Shown here: positions 25,047 to 33,730 of the stretch, piece after piece
Layout of the letters: each line of letters begins with the position of its first letter
How positions within the stretch are numbered: the first letter of the stretch is position 1
Assembly: GCA_016839445.1 (NCBI GenBank)
Contig: JAEOUG010000125.1
Location: 1-36,139, forward strand
Source: Candidatus Thorarchaeota archaeon
GTDB lineage: Archaea > Asgardarchaeota > Thorarchaeia > Thorarchaeales > Thorarchaeaceae
DNA length: 36,139 bases
Direction of reading: 5' to 3'
Program-made: the position numbers and the translations under genes
Notes under the pieces: generated by a model
The model's input: the letters and a program-made list of their open reading frames with translations, nothing else
What the model was told of the DNA's origin: nothing
Databases searched by the model: none

Positions 25047-26063
25047 CTACTTGATCACCGGCATTGCTTGCAGAAGTTCGTCAGCAATCTGCTTGTTGTC
25101 TTCTGTGACAGGTATCCATACAATCCCAACATCTGGCTGTCCATAGAGCACGGCAGAGCCCAGTGGTGCCAAGAGTACCGCCGGGAACCCCATCAGATCT
25201 TCCTCTCCGTCCACCGTGATGAGAGCGCTCTCTGTCTGACTCAGAGCGGTGGCAATGGTTGACCACGTTTCGGGGAATATCGCCGCAGCAGGATTGTAGA
25301 CCAAGTACTCTCTTGCTGCATTGAAGACCCCCTCGAATGGGCCTCTCTTGGTTATACCGTCCACTATCATCACATCTGGGGTGAAGTCCTGCTGCAGCAG
25401 GGAATGAGTTGTAACATCGCCCACCGAGATGACCTTCGAAGGCATCTCTTCTCTCAGCTTGCGGGCAACTCGTTCCTCCGGAGGACCGTCTCGCTTCTCG
25501 AAGACCTCTCCTTTCGGCGACTTGAGCACCTCCCTATTATCTGTGGGCAATCTGCGTGGGGGTTGGTCGGTCCCCAGCAGCCGGTTGCCGCTTCGGTCGA
25601 TTTCTCCGCGCCTAATCCTTGCCGATGCCACCTTATCTCCGTCGTTTGCGCGGACTGGTTTGAGGAACTCGTACCTATCGTTCGCTCCCAGTGCTTCTCT
25701 TCTCGCATCAAGGAATCCGGACTTGACCTCTGTGCAACAAGGGCCCTCGTACATGAGGAATGTTATGTCTCCCTCAGCATCTAGGAGTTCGTCAAGCCCT
25801 GATGCTACGCGGACCTCGATGGAGCCATCTAGACGCTGTTTCTTTAGGTAGTCCCTAAGTCTTCGGACTCGTATCTCGAGTGGCTGGATTAGTTCTGCAA
25901 GATCGAGATCGTGCCCCATGAGAGGTCCATCTGTGACACACGCCACAGGGTTAGGCAACTCACTAAGGTGGTCAATCAGTACATGATGACCAATGTGAAG
26001 ACGGTCGAAGAGATTCAGTGCCCAAGTTCCGTCCATTGGTTCCACTCTGGCAGGATAACGCAA
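25047..26063 (-). CDS. Fused phosphopantetheine adenylyltransferase and GTP-dependent dephospho-CoA kinase (DUF359)
   Basis: N-terminal FDRLHIGH (HIGH motif) and KVASARIR. C-terminal VGDVTT, IVDGITKR, NPA, VDGEEDL and YGQP. Confidence 0.85.
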   Translation of the reverse strand: MRYPARVEPMDGTWALNLFDRLHIGHHVLIDHLSELPNPVACVTDGPLMGHDLDLAELIQPLEIRVRRLRDYLKKQRLDGSIEVRVASGLDELLDAEGDITFLMYEGPCCTEVKSGFLDARREALGANDRYEFLKPVRANDGDKVASARIRRGEIDRSGNRLLGTDQPPRRLPTDNREVLKSPKGEVFEKRDGPPEERVARKLREEMPSKVISVGDVTTHSLLQQDFTPDVMIVDGITKRGPFEGVFNAAREYLVYNPAAAIFPETWSTIATALSQTESALITVDGEEDLMGFPAVLLAPLGSAVLYGQPDVGIVWIPVTEDNKQIADELLQAMPVIK

Positions 26064-26152
26064 TTGGCACTTAATTCCACTGCTTCTGGTATAGGCGGGA
26101 AGGATAGGAGTGCGAGTTCATGGGTTGGTGTCGACGCAATCGATGATCTCTC

Positions 26153-26899
26153 TTGAAACACTTAATACTCCCAGTCAGCTTCATCAACGCGCGTGTGGAT
26201 GAAGTGAGAATCCTCTCTGTAGCCGACGTTCACTGTCCCAAGTACCTCAGTGAATTCAAGGCAGCATTGGATGGGCTCCAGGCTCCAGATGTGTTTCTCA
26301 TGGCGGGCGACATGATCTTCAGAGGCCAGGTAACCGAATACGTCCATGTTCTTGATTCGATAGAGGAGTCCCTGGGATCTGATTTCCCAATCATCGCGTG
26401 TTTTGGAAATGAGGAATATGGAGAGGTCCGAGATGACATCATCGACCTCACTGAAGAGAGAATGCTCTTCCTCGACGAGAAGTCAACCATACTTGAAACC
26501 AGTGAACTGAAGGTAGGCATTGTCGGGACTCAGGGCTCTCTGGACAAGGCGACCACCTGGCAGAGACGTAACATACCGAGTTGGAAGGGCGTGTTTGAGA
26601 GAAGGGCCAAGCGTGCTGCTGCCCTGTTGAAGAAGATTGAGGACGAAGTCGACAGGACAGTTCTTCTGATGCACTACAGCCCCTGTTTGGAGACATGCGA
26701 AGGAGAGGAGGAGAAAGCATTCTCTTGGCTCGGAAGTAGGAAGTTCTACCGTGTTGTGCTCGAGCAGCAGCCAGACCTAGTGATTCACGGTCATGTCCAC
26801 AATTCGACAAGACATTGTGTAACACTTGGTTCAACTCAAGTCCGCAATGTCGCCTTTCCGGCTGTGGGTGGAATCACCGAGATTGAGCTGGTGCTCTAA
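26153..26899 (+). CDS. Calcineurin-like metallophosphoesterase (true start likely near 26195-26204)
   Basis: ADVH, AGD, GNEE, MHY and HGHVH metal-binding motifs. Confidence 0.88.
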   Translation: MKHLILPVSFINARVDEVRILSVADVHCPKYLSEFKAALDGLQAPDVFLMAGDMIFRGQVTEYVHVLDSIEESLGSDFPIIACFGNEEYGEVRDDIIDLTEERMLFLDEKSTILETSELKVGIVGTQGSLDKATTWQRRNIPSWKGVFERRAKRAAALLKKIEDEVDRTVLLMHYSPCLETCEGEEEKAFSWLGSRKFYRVVLEQQPDLVIHGHVHNSTRHCVTLGSTQVRNVAFPAVGGITEIELVL

Positions 26900-26902
26900 C
26901 GC

Positions 26903-27325
26903 TCACTGGTGTCCTGTGACCTTCATGGTCGGCTCGAATTTGTAGCCATAGACGATGATGCCGCCTTGCCCCTGTTCCTTGATCTTTCGGAAGCAGGCTC
27001 GCACACGCATTCCAATCTTGACGTTTTCTGGATCAACGTTCACTATCTGGGCTGTGAGCCTGGTTCCCTCGTCTAGCTCAACCTGGGCTATAACATAGGG
27101 CAGCTGTCTTTTGAAGTCGTCCGGTGCCTGTCTCACCACTGCGAATGAGTAAATCTTGCCCAGACCCTTGAACTGATGATCCACAAGATTGCCCTTTCTC
27201 CTGCAGGTGGGACACACAGGACGTGGAGGGAAGTAATACGTTCCGCAGGTCTCACACTTGTTACCCTGAATATTGTAGATTGCCCGAATCCGTCGCCAGA
27301 CTTGTGCTACTCCTTGTTCTGCCAT
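26903..27325 (-). CDS. DUF35 Zn-ribbon/OB-fold scaffold of the thiolase-HMG-CoA synthase complex
   Basis: CETCG..YFPPR.VCPTC, PYVIA.VEL.EG and YGYKF; operonic with the thiolase. Confidence 0.92.
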   Translation of the reverse strand: MAEQGVAQVWRRIRAIYNIQGNKCETCGTYYFPPRPVCPTCRRKGNLVDHQFKGLGKIYSFAVVRQAPDDFKRQLPYVIAQVELDEGTRLTAQIVNVDPENVKIGMRVRACFRKIKEQGQGGIIVYGYKFEPTMKVTGHQ

Positions 27326-27331
27326 CTATCA

Positions 27332-28498
27332 TCATCTCCCTAGAATGTGCACTATTGACGTTGCCCCAGTACCACCGATATTCACAGCCAGTCCTTTCTC
27401 TGCTCCATCAACCTGCCTCTTGTCAGCGTCGCCTCTCAGTTGGAGAGCCAACTCCACAATCTGGGCAACACCCGTTGCACCAACCGGATGACCTCGCGCC
27501 TTCAAACCGCCTGATGGGTTGACTGGGAATTTCCCGCCAAGTTCTGTGATTCCTTCGTCGAGCGCCTTACCGCCATCTCCCTTCTCAACGATACCAACGT
27601 CTTCTGTTAGTATGATCTCGCCAATCGTGAAGGAGTCATGCAGCTCAAGCACATCAATATCGTTGATGCCGAGGCTTGCTTCCTTCAAGGCAGACCGAGT
27701 CGAGTGGATGACAGCGTCCATCCTCGTCAGGGACGCTCTATCGTGGAGCGCAAGAGTGTCACTGCACTGCTCAGACGCCTCAATGTACACTGGAGTGTCT
27801 GTGAACTTCTTGGCAAGTTCAGCATTGCACATCACAAGACCTGCAGCACCATCAGTCACTGGCGAAGAATGCAGGACGCGTATTGGGTCTGCAATCAGGC
27901 CCGAGCTCATAACCACCTCGAGAGGCACTGCCTTCTGGAACTGGGCCCATGGGTTCTTCGCTGCGTTGGCATGGTTCTTCACTGTGACCTTGGCTAGATG
28001 TTCTTCTGTTGTACCGTACTCCAGCATGTGCCTCCTAGCCATGAATGCGTAGAGTGCCGGGAAGGTAGCACCGAACATTCCTTCCCACTCCCAATCTGAG
28101 GCCACTGAGATTGTGTTCATCGCCTCTGTCTGATTCACATCACTCATCTTCTCACAGCCGAGAACAAGCATCACGTCGTGTTCTCCTGATTTTATGGCCA
28201 TGTAGGCCTGCCTTACGGCCGCACCTCCGCTGGCACAGGCAGCTTCCACGCTATACGATGGGATATTACCAAGTCCGCCTTGGTCCGCAGCCATGGCTCC
28301 AAGGTGCTCCTGTCCTGTGAACCTACCCGCGCTCATGTTCCCGATGGTGATGCCATCGATTTCCGAGCCGCTCACTCCTGAGTCGAAGATGGCGTACATT
28401 CCTGCTTCAAGTGCTATGTCAATCAGGCTCTTGTCCCAGAGCTCTCCAAACTCACACATTCCGACACCAATGATGGCAACTTTCCTACCCATTATCAT
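27332..28498 (-). CDS. Archaeal acetoacetyl-CoA thiolase
   Basis: EAACASG, KNH.NA..NP.A, ELHDSF and NPSGGLKARGHPVGATG. Confidence 0.93.
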   Translation of the reverse strand: MIMGRKVAIIGVGMCEFGELWDKSLIDIALEAGMYAIFDSGVSGSEIDGITIGNMSAGRFTGQEHLGAMAADQGGLGNIPSYSVEAACASGGAAVRQAYMAIKSGEHDVMLVLGCEKMSDVNQTEAMNTISVASDWEWEGMFGATFPALYAFMARRHMLEYGTTEEHLAKVTVKNHANAAKNPWAQFQKAVPLEVVMSSGLIADPIRVLHSSPVTDGAAGLVMCNAELAKKFTDTPVYIEASEQCSDTLALHDRASLTRMDAVIHSTRSALKEASLGINDIDVLELHDSFTIGEIILTEDVGIVEKGDGGKALDEGITELGGKFPVNPSGGLKARGHPVGATGVAQIVELALQLRGDADKRQVDGAEKGLAVNIGGTGATSIVHILGR

Positions 28499-28503
28499 TC
28501 CTC

Positions 28504-29562
28504 CTAGCTGAGCGCCTTGATCTTCCTTCTGTACTTCGCGTACGTCGAGTAGTCTACGTACGTTTTGCGTCCTATGTAGTCATCTACAGTCGGCACTTCT
28601 CCACGCCTTCGCTCGATTGCGTCTTCAACCGTTATAGAAAATGCATCACTGCCTGCACCGGACCCGTACGACACCATGAAGATTCGGGAGCCTGGCTTGG
28701 CAATGTCCAGAACTCTCGCGAGACCCATCATTGCAGAGCCTGAATAGGTGTTTCCTATCTGCTTCACGACGAGGCTGTCCTCTAGCTTCTCCTTTGGCAC
28801 TCCGAGCTGTCTGCCCATGGCGACAGGGAACTTGCCATTGGGCATGTGAAACACGAAGTAATCATAATCGTCCACATCGGTCTTCGTCTTCCTGAAGAGG
28901 GCCTTTGCGCCCTCGCCGACATGTCGGAAGTACGCTGGTTCTCCTGTGAAGCGAGCACCATGGCTAGGGAAGTCCTCTCCCTCTCTGCGCCAGAAGTCAG
29001 GGGTGTCCGTTGTGAAAGAACTCGTGGCGTTTAAGGTAGCAATGACGTTCTTCTTTCCGATGAGAAAGGCTGCGCCTCCCGCGGCAGCAGAGTACTCCAG
29101 AGCGTCTCCTGGTCTTCCTTGTGCCGTGTCTGAACCGATAGCCAGACCCACCTTGATCATATCTGACTTGACGAGGCCCATACAAGTCTGAATAGCAGCC
29201 GTTCCCGCCTTGCAGGCGAACTCGTAGTCTGCGCAAGTCATGTCGTACGAGCATCCAATGGCCTCCGCAACAATGGTGCCAGTGGGCTTGACGGCATAGG
29301 GATGTGATTCAGAGCCAACATAGATTGCCCCGATGTCCGTCGGGTCGATACTTGCCCTTTTTATTGCGTTCCTTGCTGCCTCGACGGAGATGGTGGCAAC
29401 ATCCTCATCAGGGCCGGGCACAGACTTCTCGAAGACGTTCAGGCCCTTTGCGAGAGATTCTCCGTCTTCGCCCCATACCGCGGCAATATCTGCGGTTCTT
29501 ATCCGATAGCGGGGAATGTAGACTCCATAACCAGTGATCCCAACCATAGCGATTCTCTCCAT
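28504..29562 (-). CDS. Hydroxymethylglutaryl-CoA synthase (start possibly 29547)
   Basis: [46 protein letters not shown] and SYGSGAGSD. Confidence 0.95.
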   Translation of the reverse strand: MERIAMVGITGYGVYIPRYRIRTADIAAVWGEDGESLAKGLNVFEKSVPGPDEDVATISVEAARNAIKRASIDPTDIGAIYVGSESHPYAVKPTGTIVAEAIGCSYDMTCADYEFACKAGTAAIQTCMGLVKSDMIKVGLAIGSDTAQGRPGDALEYSAAAGGAAFLIGKKNVIATLNATSSFTTDTPDFWRREGEDFPSHGARFTGEPAYFRHVGEGAKALFRKTKTDVDDYDYFVFHMPNGKFPVAMGRQLGVPKEKLEDSLVVKQIGNTYSGSAMMGLARVLDIAKPGSRIFMVSYGSGAGSDAFSITVEDAIERRRGEVPTVDDYIGRKTYVDYSTYAKYRRKIKALS

Positions 29563-29841
29563 AGTCGTAAGTCGTTAATTGTCGAATCGGTATACGTCGT
29601 TAGACATCGGGTCGGCCCTGTGCCTCTTAAGAAGCTTGTTGTCTGTTCCTCCAAACAGAACGGCTTTCACCGATAGTTGCTTGCTGCTTTCGTGTGGTGA
29701 CGAGAGTCTTCAAGGACTGTTATATATCACTGCCGAAAGACACCCGTCGAACGTAGAAGAACGATTGGCAAATCGTCGTAGATTCACTGCTGTTTGAATT
29801 AACCCTATAAGCCCTAGAGTGGAAGAGGGATAGGTGAACAC

Positions 29842-30036
29842 ATGTCCGACGTGATCAGAGAGCCGGTGCTTCGAAGAGTTGTCATTGATGAGGTCAAGAC
29901 AGTCGCCGAGCTCCTGATTGAGCTTGGAATCTCGAAGGACCATGTAGTCCTAGTCAACGGGAAGAAGCAGTCACCTGAGTTTGTGCTTAGAGAATCCGAC
30001 AGCGTCGTCATTCTCCCCAAGATTGCAGGTGGATAA
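29842..30036 (+). CDS. Ubiquitin-like sulfur carrier (SAMP/MoaD/ThiS family)
   Basis: 64 aa; TVAELL..LGI....VVLVNG...L..D.V.ILP.IAGG with a C-terminal diglycine. AGGTGA SD; TATA-like CTATAA at about 29805. Confidence 0.88.
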   Translation: MSDVIREPVLRRVVIDEVKTVAELLIELGISKDHVVLVNGKKQSPEFVLRESDSVVILPKIAGG

Positions 30037-31509
30037 TCACGGCCTAACTCTCTTCAACAGCTTGATTGTGGGGCCAAGGTCCATGTCAAATTCCCTCACG
30101 AAGCCAAACTGTGGTGCAACACCTATTTCATTGCCAATGTAGTCAAGGACATCCTGAACCATCCTTTCCGCGTCTCTCTTCCCGACCTTCTTGGCTTCTG
30201 ATACATTCGCCTTGACTGCCTGGAGAAGGACCTTTGCCGAGCCTGAGCTATACTGTGTAGCGTGTTTCGGAGTGCCAGTGAGTCTGGTCGGTAGGCCGAG
30301 TCTCTTCGCCATTGACCTGAAGATGTTCTTCCTCGACTCCTTGCCTTCCGTTGTGATCAACATGCTGGTAGGAATCCGAAGGGCAATGTCCACGAAGTCG
30401 GAGTGCAGGAAAGGGAAGAACGCAGGGATTCTTTGGTGGGCAATCGCTCGCTCATCTCTTGCGATGTTGACTTCATGTGTTCTGGAGACCGCCGCCCAGA
30501 GCTCGTTCCTGAGACTCTCCTCCCCTTGGTCTCTCAGGATTGCCAGATGCTTTGCATAGCCTGCAAACAGCTCATCCGGACCCTGACCAGAAATGACAAC
30601 GTCTTTCTTGGAAGACTTGGCCTCTCCTGCAGCCAAGAAGAATGGAATGGCTATCTCCACATCCATCCTGTTCGTAGACTCTATGGCGTAGATCACACTT
30701 GGCAGTATTCTCCACACTGTCTCGTGGTTGAGATACACGGTCCTGTGTTCAAGGTTCAACTGCTTCGCGGCGGCTTCTGCCGCCCTAGAGTCTTTCGCCG
30801 AGCTCGTTGTGGCTGTGAACAGGCTTGTGCTCTTGCACACTCTTGATGTCATGAGTGCGGCAACTGAGCTGTCTATTCCTCCCGAGAACAGAACAGCGGC
30901 ATTCCTGACGTGCTTGAGCCTAGAGAATGACCCTTCAAGGGCGGCAATCAGCATGCTGATGAGTTCGCTCTCACTTCTTACTGTGTCGACGACAGGTCTC
31001 TTCCTAACTTCTAGGGTCCGTGAATCAGAAGCCCCGTTCCAGAGAAGTGTCACGATTTCTCCTGGTTCTATTGGGCGAACGAAGCCTGTCGCCAGTGACC
31101 AGAGGCTCTTGCGTTCAGATGCGAATGCGAAGCCTCGCTCCAGAGGGGCGTAGTATACAGGTCGGGTTCCCTCAATTGACCGATAGATCCTTAGTCCATT
31201 CTTCACAAAGCCTGCCACTGCGGCGTCGTGCAGGCCAGAAGGTCTAGAATTGACAAGAAGATCTGCGGCAGCATCTTCCAATGCCTCTGAAACGGCTGGC
31301 AGAGGTGAGTCGACTACTGCGCTCTGCCCTTGGCTTCCTCTGGCGGCCCGCCTCTCACATCCAAGCTTCGCTATGATTCCAGTTCCCTGAGAGTTGCCAA
31401 CTTTGTGTAGTAATGCCCTCCCACGGTGCTTCATGCCCTTGAGCATCTGCTCAAACATAGCATCAGCATCGCCATCACCAAGAAGCAGAATGCCTGCGAT
31501 ACCAGACAT
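30037..31509 (-). CDS. Asparagine synthetase (AsnB)-like protein
   Basis: MSGIAG...HRG, GTRPVYY, FASERK, PP-loop FSGGIDSS, SGQGPDELFAGY and PFL...K. Confidence 0.85.
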   Translation of the reverse strand: MSGIAGILLLGDGDADAMFEQMLKGMKHRGRALLHKVGNSQGTGIIAKLGCERRAARGSQGQSAVVDSPLPAVSEALEDAAADLLVNSRPSGLHDAAVAGFVKNGLRIYRSIEGTRPVYYAPLERGFAFASERKSLWSLATGFVRPIEPGEIVTLLWNGASDSRTLEVRKRPVVDTVRSESELISMLIAALEGSFSRLKHVRNAAVLFSGGIDSSVAALMTSRVCKSTSLFTATTSSAKDSRAAEAAAKQLNLEHRTVYLNHETVWRILPSVIYAIESTNRMDVEIAIPFFLAAGEAKSSKKDVVISGQGPDELFAGYAKHLAILRDQGEESLRNELWAAVSRTHEVNIARDERAIAHQRIPAFFPFLHSDFVDIALRIPTSMLITTEGKESRKNIFRSMAKRLGLPTRLTGTPKHATQYSSGSAKVLLQAVKANVSEAKKVGKRDAERMVQDVLDYIGNEIGVAPQFGFVREFDMDLGPTIKLLKRVRP

Positions 31510-31598
31510 CTCAGTACGCGTCCTCCGGGCGGTCGTTCATTTCATTCCCGGAAGCGGCGGGTGCTTCTGGTCTAGGGTAGTGGTCCTTGGTGGAGTCT

Positions 31599-31997
31599 CT
31601 ACTTCGCAACTTCGTTCAACATCACACTGCGAACGCCAGTAATGTCGTTCAGACGCCTCTCCAGATCTCTCACGTCGACTGAGAGCTGCTTTGGCGTGAA
31701 ATAGCACTCGTAGTAGCATTGGTCAGCGGCCTGACATATTCCGCTAGTGAACAAGATGTCCTCAAGTCCGACCTCCATGAAGACCATGGTGAGTTCCTCG
31801 AGGAAGCTCTTGCTGAGCTTGTCGATTACGAGCTTAAGATACATCACGTGTTCGCTGTCGACTGGATATAGCTTCACATTGCCGTCTTTGACTACTAGGA
31901 TTGCCAGACCGTAGTCGTGGCCGATCTTCTCGACAAATTCGCCCGGAAGTGTGATTGTGTCACCTTTCTCTATCTTGAGAACCCTGGCCTGAGTCAT
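31599..31997 (-). CDS. AbrB-like N-terminal domain plus ACT-like domain protein (putative regulator)
   Basis: KIEKGDTITLPGEFVEKIG (AbrB-like). The C-terminal beta-alpha pattern includes SGIC....C.YECYF. ATG 31997 has a GGGAG SD; the ORF is open from 32054. Confidence 0.55.
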   Translation of the reverse strand: MTQARVLKIEKGDTITLPGEFVEKIGHDYGLAILVVKDGNVKLYPVDSEHVMYLKLVIDKLSKSFLEELTMVFMEVGLEDILFTSGICQAADQCYYECYFTPKQLSVDVRDLERRLNDITGVRSVMLNEVAK

Positions 31998-32083
31998 ATC
32001 TCCCTTGCTCAATCGAATCTGCCTCCGGTTTTCACTGTGATTCAGGGCCGACATTGATTATATCTGTTGTGGGAAAGCACCAA

Positions 32084-33664
32084 TCAAGGCCCTCTCCGAA
32101 ACCAACTCCGGATTCTCGCTAGTGCCTCGGATTCGGGCTTCTGAACTACGCGCAGATGCCAACGAACTGGCGCATCTCTCACATACTCGAGAAATGCCAC
32201 TTCTCCGCTTGTCCGTATTCGCTCCATCTCCTGCAATCGGCCGTTCAGCCACGCCTTCCTGGAAACAGGCATTCTGACTGTGGCGAGGTCGAAGAGAGTT
32301 GGATGCAGGTCAAAGATCAGCGCTCGCTCCTGCATGTATTCTAGAACCCCGTTCTGCAACGCCTCACTAATCTTGTCACGGTCCGTGAAGAACGAGGCTG
32401 CCACGGACATGTTCGGATGTTTGTCAGGAATATTGAGCGCGAAATTGAAAGATCTATTGAACTTGGACAGGTGTGTCGCTGCGTCGAGGAAGAGGACTGT
32501 TTCAGGCTTTCCCTCAAACTCGTCTTCAGACATCTCGACCTCTGCCTTCTTGAGCATCTCTTCGTCTTCTATGACAGACTGTATCAGCTGGTCGGTCACA
32601 GGAGGCAGATCCTCGTCGCTTATGCGCTCCAGCTCCTGATAGGAGAGTTCCTCGCTGTCCGACTCCTCGTGTGCGCCCTGCTCTGTCCTCTTGTCCGTCT
32701 TGCTTGCTGGTCTACGATGTGTTGGAATGAAGCCGATCTCCTCAACTAGATGCTGCAGCACCAACGGCAAGAATAAGTCGTAGAGCGTGCTTCTCGTTTC
32801 AAGTATGATCAGTACAGGTTTGTAGGATGCGACAGCTTCTATCAGCCCTGATGAGAAGTCCGGGCCGTCGTCAAAGAACTTCTCTAGGTTCTCTTTGGAG
32901 TATCCCTCGGTCACTCTCTCGGTCCACTCTTGGTAGACCTCTTTGACTTCCTGCTTCCTTCTATCCTTCAGCATACCCATGAATTTGCCTAGGTATTTGA
33001 CACCTCGCGAAACGGCCGTTGTCGGGCTCACGAACACAGTCATCAGACCTACTGCCTCACCAGCATATTCACTTGCTTCGGCACTACGAATCTTCCCCAT
33101 CATCTCCTCCGTGAGGGAAGGAGGACCAAGCTTCTCTACTAGAACCTCAATCATTCCTTCGTAGTTCTCAAATGCTGCGTCCCCTGGCCCAATCTTCTCT
33201 CCCACCGGAGAGGCATCAGACAATACTTCGGCGAACACATTCGGTCTCTTCACGAGCCAGGCGAGAGGTATTCGAAGCGGCGTATACCCGTGCAACCATG
33301 TTCTAGTGGAGTCTTGTGGACCGAAGTAGAACTTCAACGAGTCCGGGAACAGACCATCGAAGATCTCCATAAACTGGTCAAAGCCCTGTTTCGTACTAAG
33401 ACCCATTTCCCCCTTCTCTAGAGCATCGACAACGAAGACAAGCCCCGATTCCTTGGTCTTGGCAAGCTTCGCCATTGTAAGCATTACCTGCTTTGGCGAA
33501 AGGTAGAGAAGGTCACTCTCCGCGTACGGGGCGTCGTAGAACGTGAAGAGGCCCATTCGGCGCCAGGGCTTCTTCGAGAGTTCGGTGTTCGCTAAGTGAG
33601 AGAACCATTCATAGCCACGCTTATACCTTGGAATGGACTCGTCGTCAATGTCTTGATGTGGCAT
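32084..33664 (-). CDS. Hypothetical protein, possibly a degenerate HerA/FtsK-like P-loop fold with an acidic insert
   Basis: Long 526-aa ORF. GLVFVVDALEKGE and PETVLFLDAATHL resemble HerA-family strands; there is no Walker A GxxxxGK. Confidence 0.45.
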   Translation of the reverse strand: MPHQDIDDESIPRYKRGYEWFSHLANTELSKKPWRRMGLFTFYDAPYAESDLLYLSPKQVMLTMAKLAKTKESGLVFVVDALEKGEMGLSTKQGFDQFMEIFDGLFPDSLKFYFGPQDSTRTWLHGYTPLRIPLAWLVKRPNVFAEVLSDASPVGEKIGPGDAAFENYEGMIEVLVEKLGPPSLTEEMMGKIRSAEASEYAGEAVGLMTVFVSPTTAVSRGVKYLGKFMGMLKDRRKQEVKEVYQEWTERVTEGYSKENLEKFFDDGPDFSSGLIEAVASYKPVLIILETRSTLYDLFLPLVLQHLVEEIGFIPTHRRPASKTDKRTEQGAHEESDSEELSYQELERISDEDLPPVTDQLIQSVIEDEEMLKKAEVEMSEDEFEGKPETVLFLDAATHLSKFNRSFNFALNIPDKHPNMSVAASFFTDRDKISEALQNGVLEYMQERALIFDLHPTLFDLATVRMPVSRKAWLNGRLQEMERIRTSGEVAFLEYVRDAPVRWHLRVVQKPESEALARIRSWFRRGP

Positions 33665-33730
33665 TCGTGGTTCCCAACTCTACTCCTTTTGAGTGAGGTT
33701 GCCGGGGCCTCGAATAAACATATCCATTAC

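Noticed and set aside
29650-29670. AAACAGAACGGCTTT resembling the 3' conserved region of RNase P RNA
   Set aside because: There is no upstream GAGGAAAGTCC-type partner and not enough room before the HMG-CoA synthase gene.
30037-31509. AsnB-like gene as a lasso cyclase for the peptide array
   Set aside because: It is about 18 kb away, no leader peptidase or RRE gene is present, and the peptides lack a clear lasso leader/core pattern.
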